Assembly (NCBI GenBank): GCA_025558095.1
Contig: JAIVFI010000023.1
Location: forward strand, 248,001 to 312,000
DNA: 64,000 bases
Source: Hyaloraphidium curvatum SAG 235-1
Taxonomy: Eukaryota; Fungi; Monoblepharomycota
Direction: 5' to 3'
The position numbers and the translations under genes were made by a program. Of this stretch, positions 1-13,460 are shown in pieces; the first letter of the stretch is position 1; every line of letters begins with the position of its first letter. Under the pieces are notes generated by a model that saw nothing but the letters and a program-made list of their open reading frames with translations, was not told the origin of the DNA and did no database searches.

Positions 1-1343
1 AACCCAGAAAGGCAACGCTGCGAGACTATTCCCTGTTTTACGCCAGGAATCTGCGCTAGTTGGTGCAGCAGTTCTGTTGCACTTGACTTTGTAGGTCTTT
101 GCGATTCTTTGACCGAGTTGGGCTCTCATCCTCGGCCCGAGCCTGCAACCATCTGCGACGGATCTCTGGCGGATGTTTCTGACGTCCATGGCACCGACGG
201 TCGGCCCCAAAGCCATTTTGGGGGAGCTCGAGGTTGGTGCGTTCGAAACGGATGCACGAATGCGTGCGATCAGCTGTGCTATGTCAGGAGGTACACGAGA
301 GAAATCTGCAAGCCTTCTACTTGTGCGTCGTGGCTTTGCTGGCGCATGCAAAAGAGCCCGATGTCGCGATGGAGCTTCGAGGAGAGGCATTGGTGCACCG
401 CCTGGTTTCCCTCATCGATCCGAAGACAGTAGGTTCTTTCTGATGGGTGCGACACCTCGCGCTTACCGCCGCCGGACCTCCAAGTTGCATTACTTGTTCT
501 CGAAGCTGTCCATGGGAGAGGTTCAGCTCTTCGACGATGGCCGCAGCATCGCCTCCATGACGAGCGAGTACCATCTGCCTTTCCTTGTGAATCCCTGACC
601 TGACGGGTTTGTGCAGGAACGAGCCTTTCCTGGGACTCGTACGAGCAGCGCTGCTTCTGGGAACTCGTCCGGTGCGACCTCCTCGATCGTCAGAAAGAGA
701 TTGAACAGCTCGTCGAGCAGCTCACGGACATGGACTGGGGAGGTAAGAACAGCGATCATTTTCACGTGTGTAAGCGTCTGACGCCACGATGGGCTAGCAA
801 ACATTGAAGTCAGCGAGGGCGTCCTGCTCCTCCTGCAGAACAGCAAGCCGTCGACGGCTGTCGTCCGGGCGGTTTTGGGGAGCCCCTGCCCGGAAGCCGC
901 GCTCGACGGCGTGTCCCCGGACGCGGCCGTGCCGTTCCAGATCCTGGCGGTGAAGCAGTGGTGCCGCAACTTCCCGAAATCGTTCGTCGAGGTGCTCACG
1001 GGGCTGCTGCAAGAGGGCGTAAAGGCCGCGGAAGCGGAGCGGGCGGAGGCGGCAGCGATACCAGAGCTCGGATCGGGGGCGAGGAGACAATCCAAGGAAA
1101 TGGCTTTGCTGGAGAACGTGCTTGCGAACCTTGTACTTTGGAGGTCGATGGCGCAGCGGCTCGGTTTCCGAGGTACGTCACCGGCCCGAAACCCTTTGCT
1201 GCACTCACCAGCGCCCTCTGATTGCAGATCCCGTGCTGAGCAACGAGGGCGTTCGCACGGCCTTGCAACCGCTTCTGAGCGAGGAATCCTTCTACACGAA
1301 ATACCAACGGCTCGTAGTGGCGCTGGCTCCCCGGGCAGAGTAG
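1..1343 (+). CDS. INTS3: Integrator complex subunit 3 / SOSS-A homolog, C-terminal part (5' end outside window, multi-exon)
   Basis: Spliced exons give LVHRLVSLIDPK..LHYLFSKLSMGEVQLF..TSLSWDSYEQRCFWELV..EVSEGVLLLLQNSKPSTAVVRAVLGSPC..FQILAVKQWC..LENVLANL..ALQPLL..KYQRLVVALAPRAE*. These are colinear with metazoan INTS3 C-terminal motifs as I recall them (SLDWETFEQYCAWQLF, EALSCLLLQLRREKPSEEMVKMVLSRPC, ILRHWC). Stop at 1341-1343. Confidence 0.75.
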
Positions 1344-1632
1344 TTCGGCGAGCGTGGGACCTTAGCCACGGTGGAAAGACGGTGTGCTCGCACAGGGTTG
1401 ATGAACGAATACAGGATTGTCCAACGGCCCGACGTACAACGAATAAGTACTAACTAGATTACACGCCTCGCAGCAGAAGGAGATTGGCATCGACAGATGC
1501 TGTTGTGCGCACGTCGCCGTGCACGAGCGTCAGGAATTTGCCGGGCGTGGCCGCGGCGTGTCCGGAAGGGGGAAGGATGCGGGACCGTTGGAGCGGCTTC
1601 GGCCAGCAAGAGCTCTCCGAGGTCCTGCGGCC

Positions 1633-3314
1633 TCAGTCGGAAGACGGCTCCTCGGACGAGTCGGAGTCCGCCTCGTACGCGCCCTTCTTGGCCTGCCGCT
1701 TCTTCTCCTGCTTCTCGATCCAGTCCTTGACGAAGATGCTGGCCTTCATGAACTTTTTGCTGGCGTACTTCTTGAAAAGCGCCTCGTGCTTGTTGGGCTT
1801 GCCGAGGTAGTCGAGCATGAGGTCCACGCACGGCTTCATCTGCTCCTCGGTGTAGCCGGAGTAGTGCCTCAGGTTGGCATCCTGTGCATGCATCGCGCAC
1901 GTGAGCATTGCCATCGGACACGGCGCATGCGAGTTACGCACCCATTCCGGCCTGTCGAGCATCGTCCGCGCGAGGTAGAGGCTCGAGGCGGCGACGTTGG
2001 ACGGGGGATAGGGGAGGAACCTGTGGTCCACCAGCGCGACTTCCATGAGGTACTTGGCGAGCGTGCGGGTCTGGATGTCGTAGTTGTCGGCCTTGGAGCA
2101 CCGGCGGAGGAAGTTGAGGGGGTTGGGGTAGTGGAGGCCGAAGTCGAGGACCTGGAGGATGTAGCGCTCCGCCTTGAGGATCTCCTCGTCGGTGTAGCCA
2201 CCGTCCGCCATGTAGATGAAGTTCTGGATCGACGGCGCCATGACCTCCTCGTACTTGGACGCGATGAACATCGAGGTCAGGCCGACGAGCTGGAGCTTCT
2301 GGAGCGACACGACCCTGAGCGAGAGGAAGCGGTCGATGATGTTGATGGCCAGGAAGAGGGTCTCGGGCAGCAGCCGGAACTTGTAGTGGACCTCGATGAG
2401 CCAGTCGACGAGGATGCCGCGCATCTTCCACTGCAGGTCCTTCTGGTCCTCCATGTAGTCCGGGTTCGGCATGGTCTGGGCCTGCGCCGGTACCAAACGG
2501 TGAGCAACCGACCCGGAATGCGCGGGATGCATGCGCGGTGCACGCGCCATGCACGCATACGCACCTCGAGCTCCTGCAGGTACTCGAAGATCTCAACGAC
2601 GTACTCCGAGACCATGAGCGGGTCGCACTCGTCCCCGGCGTCCAGGTCCTCCCAGTCCCTCTCCTCCTCGACGGCCGTGCGCGCACCGGCCTCGTCCTCC
2701 TCCTCGGTCCTGGCGGCGGTCTTCTCCTTCTTGGCGGCCTTGGGAGCGTCCTTGACCGCGTCGACCATCCGCTGCTTCTTGACCTTCTGCTCGGCCTCGG
2801 GCGCGGGGCGCTTGGTGGTGGCGTTCTTTGCGGCATTCTCCTTGTCCTTGGCGGACGTCTGCGGACGGCGCAGATGGGTGAGTAACACGCGCATCCGTGG
2901 CCGGGTGGGACCCGGCCGCCACGCACGCCACGCACCTGGTGCGACTGCACGTTGCCGACCTCGCCGAGCGGCTTCCTGCCGGGGGCGGCAGCGGGCTTTG
3001 CTGCGACGGCGGGCTTTGCGGCGACGGCGGCCTTCTTTGCGAGCGGCGCGGGCGCGGCCCCGGCGTTTGCGGCCTTGGGCTGCAGCGCGGCCTTTGCGGG
3101 CGCCTTGTCTGCCAGCGCGGGCTTCAGCGCCGGCTTCTCGTGCAGCACGGCGAGCTTCTTTGCGGCGGCGGCCTTTGCCATGGGCGGCGCGGCGTTCTCG
3201 TCGCCGTCGGGCCGGTCGGTGCGGCGGGCGGCCGTGGCGCCGGTGCGCGCGCGGGTCTGCGGGCTGTCAGCGGGCGCCTGCGCGGCCACCAGGAGGGCGC
3301 ACCATGCGGAGCAT
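1633..3314 (-). CDS. G2/M B-type cyclin (Cdc13/Clb-like), multi-exon
   Basis: Destruction box RKPLGEVGN; DPLMVSEYVVEIFEYL; cyclin box MRGILVDWLIEVHYKFRLLPETLFLAINIIDRFLS..KLQLVG..ASKYEE. First exon ATG CTC CGC ATG at 3314, followed by a GT..CAG intron. Confidence 0.95.
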
Positions 3315-3625
3315 CGTGGCGGGGCCGCGGGGGGCGGGCGCGGGCGCGCGGGCGGCAGCCGCCTGTGGGCCGGCGGCCGGGGTGCGCCGGGAAGCCGCGC
3401 GGCGGCGGCGGGCAGGGAAGGCTGCAGAGAGCGCGGGCGCGGAAGGCGGAGGCGGCACCGGGCGGGGGAGCGGCGCGGTGGGCACTGTATTCGGAGTAGC
3501 GGTCTGTTGCGCGTGCGACGGGCGCGACCAAACAGTTGGGCTGCCTCCCCGGATCTCTCAAGTGTTGCCGTGCACTCGAAAGCATCTACATGCCACGCCG
3601 AAGCAAATAACTAACGCATCAATCA

Positions 3626-6600
3626 TCATAGAATCTCATCGAAAACGTTTTTCAGCACCGGCTGCCCCCGGCTCCGCGCATGCAGCCGGGACAGCGCCAT
3701 CTCGCGCTGCTTCTCAAACCGAGCATCCTCGGTCACGACGGGGACCACGCCACTCGGGCCGGTGTGCGTCGGTGTCTTGACGTTGGGCGAGGAGTTTTCC
3801 TTGTCGGGGGGTCGGCCCGTCGCCCCCGTCCGCTGCGGGGACGCATGCTCCACGAACGAGTGCATCGCGGGAGCCCCGGGCGGAAGGTCCAATATCTGAT
3901 GCGAGTTTTCGATGAGATAAAGAAGCGCGAAAATGCCGGTAGTATCAACCCACCCAGTCCCGACCGGAAAGAAAAGAGAAAAAGTCCTGGAACAGGGCTG
4001 TCGAGCCGAGCGTGGACCGGCTCCCCAGAATCAGCAGCTTCTGCCGCGCGCGCGTGACGGCCACGTTGACGCGACGCCAGTCACGGAGAAGGTCGCCGAC
4101 GTTGTTCTTGGCGTTGGACCGCACCAGCGAGATGATGATGCAGTCCTTGTCCCGGCCCTGGTACTTGTCGACAGTGTTGATTTCTAGGCCGCGCCGCCGC
4201 CGGAGCCGGTGATTGATGAGCTTCAGCTGCGAGCGGTAGGGAGAAATGACGCCGATGGATCCTTCCTCGATGCCGCAGGCCAGAAGCGCCTCGGCGATCT
4301 GGAGCGTGCCATCGCGTCAGTAGAGCCAGAACGGCTTGAGAAAGGGGAGCGAACCTGGAAAACGAGATCCGCTTCGACCTCGTTCTGCACAAGATCCCCG
4401 TGTCTGGCCTCGGTGGCAGGAACGGCATCCGTGTCAAGGAAGACAACCTTGTTTCTGCATGTCCGAGTCAGTCCGACGCTAGCAGCACACTACACGCCGA
4501 AAGACTCACTTGGGACTCAGCACGTGCTCCAACCAGCACGAAGAACCCTTTTCACCCTCCTGGCTGGGAAACCTCCTGCCCGAGCCAGGGCAGGAGGACG
4601 CGAGGGGATGCAAGTCCGCGACCCGATCGAGCCTCGGCACGTGCAAGGAGCCCTGCGCGACATCCTCGGTCCCGCAACGCAGCCGATGGTTGTAGATGAG
4701 GAAGTTGGATACAGACATGATGTCGCGGTTCATGCGGTACTGGTACTGCAGGTTGCACATCGCCTGCGGATGCGCTTCCGAAAGGCGCTTGAAGAGGCTT
4801 TCGCTGAGGCCCTCGGCCTCCGGATTTCGAATCTGCAAATCCACTTAAGCAGCTGGAGAGGGTGAAGGAGGCGAATTACCCACCACGGGAGGGAGCTGAT
4901 AGTGGTCTCCGACCAGGATGAAGGTATCTGCGTAGCGCAGCGGCCCCAGGCATGCCGGAAGGGTTATCTGCGACGCTTCGTCGACGATGCAGTAGTCGAA
5001 ACGCCGGGCGGTGAAGACGCCGCTGCCATGCATTGCCCGGTTAGGGCATGCGCTGTATGCAACACCAGACTGAACGCACTGTGTGATTGAAAGGCAGGTC
5101 GCGCCGACGACAGAGACCGATTCGTAAAACTCCCTGACGTCCCCAACCGTGCGGAAGGAGCCGTCGTAGTTGGGCGTGTGTTCCAAGACCGCGGGATGCA
5201 CCTGTCCAAGGGGTAAGCGTTTTCAACCTCGTACTTCAGCCGACGCCTTGCCTTGTCCCGGTTTCCAATGCGCGCAAAGCGCACACCCGATTCCTTCAGC
5301 TTGATAAGCACATTGTCCACCGCAGAATGCGTGTGCGATGTCAAAAAAACGGACTTGCCCTTGCCGACCAGGGCTTTGATGATTGTGGCAATCGTAGTCG
5401 TCTTGCCGGTGCCCGGCATGCCCAGAATGAGGGCATAATCGACCGCTGCTCGGAAAGTCAGGCAGCAATCGCGACGGCCAGCAGGACTCATCACGCACCG
5501 CTTGTGACTTTCTTCAGGGCCTCTCGCTGGTCCGGGTTCAACTCGTCCAGGAGCTCCCGCGGTGCCATGTCGTCAAGATCAACATTGGGCAGGAAGCGCG
5601 GCGCCCTAAGATCCACGACCAGCTCCCTCCTCTTGTGGTCGCCGTTGGAAACGAAAAGCTGGACGAGGTTGTTGCGCAGCGTGCCCATGGCTCCCTGCAT
5701 CTCGTCCTTGTCGATCCGGTACATGACCGGTTCCGCACCTCCGGCATTGCCGGCCAGCTTCTTGCCCGTTCCGCCCTCCACGTTCTCGAAGGCCGCGATG
5801 CCTTCGATGTCCTGGTTGTCAAGCGCGGAGAAATGCTCGGCTCGACCACGGTTGCCGGTCAGCGGATGGTCCAATGCGAGCGTGATTCGGCGGGTCGAGA
5901 TTTCGATGACGAAGCCGAGGCCCAGGGCGTACTGGCCGGCCTCTGTCGACACGACGACAGGGTCGCCGACGACGAACTGCGATTGAAGAAGGTTCTGCTG
6001 GCTTCCGCTCGCTTGGCTGGCGCCGGATCCGACTTCAAAGACGCAGCGGTAGCGGCTCACAGCTCCGACAATCTTGCCCCTGTCCGTTTCGCCTCCGACC
6101 AAGCGCATGTTGGGAAGACACCTGGCCGAGGGGACGAGATGAGCCCAAGTCGCGCCACCAAGCCGTGAACTACAAACCTGCCGAACTTGGCGCGCTCAGC
6201 GCTGTTGAGGTTCCAAATCTCTCGCCGATATCGTAGAGCATCCCCTTCCTCCAGGTTGATGAGCTGTTCCCACGTTTTGAAGAAACTGTCGTGCAGCGGA
6301 GTCATGTCCTTGGTCTTGTCTTGGAAGATCAGCCCGAGCCCGCTGCTGGCATCCGTGCCTTTCTCGAGAGCCTGCTGCGCCGTTAGGGGTCTCGCATGGA
6401 AACCGTGCATGGGAGCTCACCTTGTGGTAGACGGTGCATGCATCGATCGCGAAGCACCTTTGGCACTTCCGCACGTCTTGCAGCATGGGAGGCAGTTTCT
6501 TGGACTGGAGCCAGGAGGCCATCTCGTTCCGGCCCATGATTATCGACCTGAGCTCGTTGCGCGCTTTGGCGACCCTTGTCGTGTCGCCGCTCTTTGCGTA

Positions 6601-8936
6601 ATAGAGGACCCCGGAGTCGACGTCGAAACCTACAAGACGGTCAGATCTGTGAGCACCATCGAGAACACGAACTCACCGTAGCGATCCGTCATGAGCAGGG
6701 TGTACATCATGGTCTGTGCCAGATGGCTGGCCTGGTTGGACGCACCCCCGGCCTTGATCTCGAGCGGTGCCACAAAGGTGTCGGCGAGAAGCTTGGGCGC
6801 TTTCGTAACGCGGATGCACACCGAGGCGTCGATCTTGCCCTTGATGCCGAACATAGGGGACCAAATGTTCTCTTCGATGTCCAGCACCTTCCAGATCGAG
6901 AACGCTTCGGTGTGCTTCGACTTCCACGTTTGAGCAGGCTTGACAATCGGGGGACGCTGGAAAGGCGGGGACAATCAGCCTGTGGCAATCGTGTTCAATT
7001 GCACGCCGCACCGGGAAGTCGGTCAGGTACGTGCCGGCCCATTCCTTGTACGACTGCGTGAGCTGCGCCAGGTGCGCGGTCGCGGCATCCTCGCTCTGAC
7101 CCAGGAAGTAGAGCTGCTCGATCTTGTCCGCGACGACACGGTCAGTCTCCCTCGAGAGGAAATCATCCGAGTAGTCCGCCGCTCGCAGCGAGGTCTGAAT
7201 GATCTCGTGCATCATTGTGCCAAAGAGGGCGGCGACGTTGGAATCCCCGGCCCGCTTGATGCGGTCGTCGATGACGGCTTTGCGCATGCAATTTACGACT
7301 TCGGCAATCTGCGTCGAGCTGATCAGGACGTCCGGATGCAGAATCAGAAAGTTCTTGCTGTCGTTGACGACGAACTTGAGGACTTTCGAGTCGTAGCTGG
7401 GCTCGGGATCTCCGACAACGTTGATGAAATCGCCTGCGATCACAAGTCAAGAAACCAGGCAGTAAGGAGGCTGTGGCCGCTCACCAATGCCGACAGGGCT
7501 CGAGACCCAAGACTCGCGCAGCACAACGGTTGCCTCCTGACTCTCGGTCTCGTCAAACACACGCAGTATCTAGGTGTTTCGGGAAAGGCTTAAATCGCCC
7601 CACAAGCAGTCCGAGCAGTGGCTGCTCACAATATCGGAATTCCGGAACTCGCCCGCCCCATGGCTTTCGAGCACAAGGAATCGGCGAAACTTGAAAGTCT
7701 GCGAGGCATTAGCCTTGAGCTCGCCGACCGGAAATCGGGCGAACCTTTCGCGTGGGTAGCTTCTCAATGTCCTCCGCGAGCTCGGCCTCGAGATCCATGT
7801 TGGCAAGGTCGATGTCAAAGTCGAAATCAAACTCCTCGGGCGCGGCTTGCTTCTTGTCTGGCGATATCCCCTTGGCAGCGGAAGACGATCGAATGTCGGG
7901 AATCCAGGAAGTTGAGGCCGAACGCTCAAACGGACTCCGCGTCGTCTTCTTGGCCGATCGCACTGGGCTCGTTGGGACCGACGCACGTTTCGGCGTGCTG
8001 GTGAGCAGCTTCTGCGCGCGCGAAATGATGTCCGACAGCTTCGAAGCTCCCGCGCCGCCGTCCGATGGCGCTTCCTCGGGCGATTGGTTCGCCCAGTGCT
8101 GCCGCTTGGGCCGTTTGGCGCCGGCAGATTCCGGCTTCCCGGCAAAGAGATTGTCCAAGCTCAAGAAACGCTTCAGTCCGGAGCGCTTTGACGGCGTAGG
8201 GCCTGTCGCATCGACTTCGACGTCCGCATTTGGCGGACTCGGCCCGCCGCGGCTCCCTTCCTCTGTCGACGCAGCCTGCGTGGCTGGATCGCGACACGGC
8301 GTAAGGAAAAGATCAGCCAATTGCAGAGCTCGTCTCACCGGCCGTCGCCCTTATCCTGCTGGACATTTCGCGCCGCAGCTTCAGCGATGTAGGACTCGTC
8401 TTCCAGAACACGCCCGGCTTCGCCAGACCGCCGAAAGAGAGCTCTCCCAGGGGCGAGTTGGGAACAGGGAGCTCCTGCATCGCAGCCGCTGTTGACGCGG
8501 AGCGGGTGCCCGTGGGGTCCCTTTCCAGCGGAGACAGCGTCATGAGGGCGAGGGGTGGACGCCTGTCAGTGGGCTGCTCGGCATGCCCCAGCGGTAGTCC
8601 GTCCCTCGTTGGCGAAGCAGACACGGCAATGCGTCCAGCTGGTCCCAATCCCACAGATCCGAGTGCTTCCCGAGTCCCCACATTGCCTCCGCCCCGGGGT
8701 GGAGACGCCGCGGGCGGACCGGCCACTGTTCCGGGATCTTGGCGGCCGCCATGCCCCGCAACTACGTCCGAAGGCAGGGCATTGACATGAGCAGGCGGCC
8801 GCAAGAAGTTTGCCAACGACGTTTGGCCCTTGAGGCCGCCCTCGCGGGCAGAGCGCTGCGACGGTTCAGACGGCGTGGCCGCCACGAAGGCGCGGCTCCG
8901 GCTTACCTTCCGGCCGCTCGGAGCGGCGCCGCTCAT
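3626..8936 (-). CDS. DNA2: DNA2 helicase/nuclease, multi-exon
   Basis: Nuclease motifs [52 protein letters not shown] and Fe-S Cys ([11 protein letters not shown]). SF1 helicase motifs [40 protein letters not shown]. Start codon approximate. Confidence 0.95.
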
Positions 8937-9170
8937 GCTAATCACCGCATACAAATCGGCATTTGTCCGGGCGTCCTGTGCCGGAAGCGCGTTCAGCTTC
9001 GGAGAGCGATGGAGGGCATTGCGGGGTGTCGTTGTCAGATCACCCCCGAATCACGACGTGCCACCGACGCGTGGCCGCGGCGGGCAGGACTTCTGAGCAG
9101 TCAGTCGCGAATTGCGGAGCGAACGCAGGAGATCCGGAGGGCGGCGGCTCGGTTCCAGGGCCGCAAAGTC

Positions 9171-11043
9171 ATGAGCCTCGCCGCCGGAATCGAAGCCTTG
9201 AGGAAGCAGAACTATGCGGACGCGGAGAGACTCCTCACCAAAGTGTGTTGCCGGCTACGCTTTCACTCGACTTCTCTCAAGCTCCTTCGGAATGGCAGGC
9301 CCTCGCCGCCGACCCCAAGAACGTGACCATACACGACTACAGGGCGAGACTCTACATGAAACTGGATCAGCTTGACAAAGCTCTGGACGACGCGTCGTCG
9401 ATTGTGAAGCTCGAACCGGAGAACGCCCTCGTACGTCGTCGTGCCTTTTGGACCAGTCGCCGAATCTCTGACTTGCCAGCAGGGCTACGTGCGGACGGGT
9501 AGGATCCTGTGGAAAAAGAACGATAAGGAGCGGGCTTTGAAGGTGTTCCGTCTCGGGAAGACAAAAGCAACCCCTTCGGCCAGTGGGAAGTACCTCGAGG
9601 TGCGTTTGCGAGGAGTCCGCTGCACGGGGTTTCTCACTCTGATGTCGGTGCCCAAAGGAGCTGCAAAAGTGCTTCAACGATGCAGCGGCGCAGGTCAACA
9701 AGACAGCCCCGGCCGCGGCAGCTCCGTTGGCCGCTGCTGAGGTCCCCGCCGGCCCAAGTGTGGGAGACCTGCCCCCCGAAATCCTGGTGTCGGTTTTCGA
9801 CATGCTGCCCCTCAAGGATAAACTTCACTGCGTCCGTGTCTGCAAGCGCTGGCGCACTGCTGGCTTGGAGGACAAAAGGCTGTGGAGGACGTGGGACCTG
9901 GCCGCATTTGCGAAGCCCACGGGGAACCCTGCGGTGCAGCTCATTGCCACACGCGCAAAGTCCATGCTGCAGACGCTGCTGATCCCCAATGCCAAGCATC
10001 TGGACGACAAAGGCATGACCTGGCTCATGATTCAGAAATGCACTTCTCTATCGAGCTTGGCTGTGAGCGACAACACCAGGTTGTCTGCGAAATGTGTCGG
10101 ATCCGTCATCAAATTGGCGGGCTCTGCCATGCGCAGTGTAAAGCTCCATGAGCTGCGAGCCGCCGACGACGTCCTTCTCGGAGCCATGTTCCGCTTCTGC
10201 CCTCTGCTGGAGAGCCTGGAGATTTCGGGGAACTGCCCCTACACGGCGGCCGCTTTCGAAGTCAAATCCAAGGTTCCGCTTCACAGGCTATCAATCCACG
10301 GCAGTGGCACGTTCAACGACGCCGCCCTGGCCTCGCTCTTACGGTCATGCTCGCTGGAGCTTCGTGAGCTGGCCATCGTCAAGTGCAGGAACGTCACTCG
10401 ACTGTCACTCGTGAACCTCGCCAACGCCGTCAGTTTGGAGTCGCTCGAGCTGACAGAACTCGATTTCTCGGGGCCTGCCACGATATCCATCGAGGACGCT
10501 CTGCTTTCCCTCAGCGACCGTCTCAAAAGCTTGCGTACGTTTAGGGCCGGGGTCTGCAGGCAGATGACGGACCGAGGATTGGAAAACCTGCTCTCCTTTG
10601 CCGGGGAGAAAATGGTCGAGCTCGACGTGAATTACAACGGCAGGCTTGGAGATGCCGGAGCACGCGCCATTGCAACGCATTGCCGGGCGATCGAGACGCT
10701 GAACATCAGCTGGTGCCCAGGGATCACCTCCGACGCCCTCTTGGACCTCGTGCTTGCATGCGGACCGACGCTGCGCAACCTCTCCATCAAGGCCAACACC
10801 GGAGTGGGGGACGGCCTCCTGCAGACAATCTGCTCCCAGTGTCCGAGGCTGGAACGGCTAGACGTGAGCAAGTGCACATCCATCACGACCCTTGGGGTGT
10901 CTGCTTTGGCGAGATCCAAAGCCGGGGTCCCGTGGTCTTTCATATGCCTGGATGGCTGCAACCGCGTGGCATCGGAGGTTCTGCAGCTTCTGGCACAGAA
11001 CCTGAAGCGGACGGGGGGTGCGATCTCGGCAACCGCCGGGTAG
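9171..11043 (+). CDS. TPR + F-box + leucine-rich-repeat protein (Dia2/Pof3-like), 4 exons
   Basis: TPR helices (NYADAERLLTK..HDYRARLYMKLDQLDKALDDA..GYVRTGRIL), F-box DLPPEILVSVFDML..CVRVCKRWR, then Cys-containing LRRs (LNISWCPGIT, LDVSKCTSIT). Confidence 0.85.
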
Positions 11044-11120
11044 CGGGTAGTCATTCACAGGGTATAGAGGAAACAGTTAGCTAGCACTAATGCAACGGGT
11101 ATCGATAGACTCTTGTATCG

Positions 11121-12795
11121 TCAGAGGAAGGTGATCCCAAGTCCCAGGTTCCATCCCTTCCGGTACTCGTCGCCCTGTCGGACCGTCAAAGGAACGCAGA
11201 AGTTGATTTCCAGTCGCAGGATGCTGAAACGCAGCACGAAGCCTGCCCCGGCAGATGACGACGGCTGTGTTGCAACGTCCCGAATGGTATTGTGCAGACC
11301 TGGTCCAGAAAGTCAATGACAAGTCGAGGTTAGGTATGATCGCACTGACCGTTCTGCATCGCGCCCAGCCCGCCGGCATTCACGAAAATGTGTCCCTTCA
11401 GAGGCTTGTCGACGAGATATGGCAAGGGGGTGAACAGAGATATCCCTGCCGCCCAATACGCGTCGCCTCCGAGAGAATCGACTAAGGATCGATCAATGCT
11501 TGCGGAGCTTGATTTGGCCACGAGATTCCTACCACCATCCTTGGGCCCTAAGCCGTGGTATCGGAATCCTCGGACCGTCTGCGGGCCCCCCAGGAAGAAC
11601 CGGTCATTGACCCTCGACCTTTGCGCAAAGGACTGTAGAAGTCCAGCCCTCATGCCGGCCGCAATGCTGAAGCCATAACCCAGGTACTTTGCCCAGCTGC
11701 CTTCGCCTTCCCAACGAAGAAAGCGCACGCGCTCATCAGCGAGGCCCGCCGCTTCACAAGCGAGCCTGTAGTAGTGGCCCTTCGTCGGCAGAAGCGAATC
11801 GTCACGCCGATCGGCTGAAAGTGAAGCTTGGAGTGAGGATTTGAGGGTGTGACCAACTTCGTTACGGATCCTGGTGGTGGACAATCGATTGGTAAGAGGG
11901 AGGGAAGTCGAGCACAGCAGCCCAAATGACACGAACGAAAGGGAGGCATCCTGCGCAAGTTTGTGGACGTTGCGCCACGCAACATTGCCCGCCACTTCAG
12001 CGACGCTGCCAGACAGGGGCCACTGTGACGGGCGTAAACGGCGCTCGCAGTGTCGATGCAAGTGCAGAACCCACTCTGTAGCGTGCGAACGCGCCGTTCA
12101 CGAGTTCCATGTGGCTCGAATGGATCATGTGATTCCGATCCACGCGTGAAGCTCCGATCTCGAGGCGTCGATCTGGATCCACGTTCCAAGGTTTCCCGAA
12201 GACGAACTGGCACCGAGGGGAACCGTGAGCACATGGCCGGCACCAACCGCTAGGTGAGAGTTACCGAGAAGGAAGAAGACGCCGTGCTTCCGAACGGCAG
12301 GTCCGTGTCTCTGTTCAAAGCCGCTTCGGCCTCCACCCCGTACGACGCGCTGGCTTCGATCGTCTCCGCCATGCCGAAAGCGTTCCGGAAATTGACCGAG
12401 GTGTTCTGCACAATGGAGCAGCTCAGGTCCCCGTGCCCTGTCCCTGTTTGCCTCCTACTGACTAGGTTCCCGCCGGAAGTCCCGACCTCCGTCCCGGTCT
12501 TGGCCCATAGCCTCTTCCTCTCCTTCACAACCAGCGCCACATCCACCAGTTCCTCCTCCCTCTCCAAGGGTACGACTCCCCCTTTGCTGGAATCCAGCAC
12601 CACCCCGACGTCCTCAAAGATTCCCAGGCGACGCAACCGGTTCACGAGCTTCTGCGTCTCCGCCACCACGGCGCCAAGGGTGCGCGCGCGGTAGAGCGGT
12701 TCCAGGGCAATGTCGAAGAGCGATTGCGAGGTGTACTCGGCACCGGTGACGTAGACCGTGCGGACGCGGAAAGGGGAGGCGTCCTCGCCCGCCAT
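11121..12795 (-). CDS. SAM50: Mitochondrial SAM50/Tob55 (Omp85 family) outer-membrane beta-barrel, multi-exon
   Basis: POTRA region (LVNRLRRLGIFEDVGVVLDS), DRFFLGGPQTVRGF, DSLGGDAYWAAGISLFTPLP, C-terminal LRLEINFCVPL..GWNLGLGITFL*. A further upstream exon is possible. Confidence 0.9.
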
Positions 12796-13340
12796 CTGGA
12801 AACGACGATCAGTTGGGCCAGAGGAAGGGGCCACACAAACCCACTGCGGCGTACAAGCGACCCTTGATGCGAGATATCCGGGATTCCCAAACCTGGTCTC
12901 CGCGGACCGCGCCGCCCTGTTGTCGCCGGACTGGAGGCCCGCCCAGGAACGGCGAAGTGGGCGCCGTGGGAGCATCTCCGTCCCATAATGGCTTCTCGAA
13001 CTGTTCCTGAAGCTGAAACGCGCGTGGAACAAAGGGTCCGTGACCAAGGAGAGGAAAGACGCGGAGAGGCGGCGTTGGCGAACTCGACCCGCGGGACCAG
13101 ATCTTCCACGCGCCCACCTGCTCATCGAACAAGCTCGACCCTCCCAACGCGTCGCCAGAAGCCATATCGTTCCCGTCAATTGGGCTTTGCCGCCGCCCGC
13201 ATGACGGGACGCGTGTGGGGTCGTGGTTTGTGTGTTTGTCCCGGTGGCGTCCCCTCCACCGAATCATCTCGTCAGGACCGGCCTGGAGGCGCTGGAATGG
13301 CTAAATGGTCATCGCAGACGGGCATCACAAACTGAAAATA

Positions 13341-13460
13341 CAGGGAGCAACTACCGCTTCCCAAGACTGCGGCCCAGAGCCTCGACACGAGCCCCGCGGA
13401 GGGAACAGCAACTATCGCTTCCCAAAGACTGCTGCCCAGAGCCTCGACACGATCCCGCCC
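13341..13460. repeat. Imperfect ~55 bp tandem duplication of the LCL3 last codons and stop
   Basis: agcaactaccgcttcccaagactgcggcccagagcctcgacacgag versus agcaactatcgcttcccaaagactgctgcccagagcctcgacacgat. Confidence 0.9.

Noticed and set aside
1519-3780. 753-aa + strand ORF, and similar long antisense ORFs such as 47057-49051, 35488-36822 and 20619-22217
   Set aside because: These are shadows of GC3-biased real genes on the opposite strand or in another frame; they are Arg/Ala/Pro-rich with no motifs.
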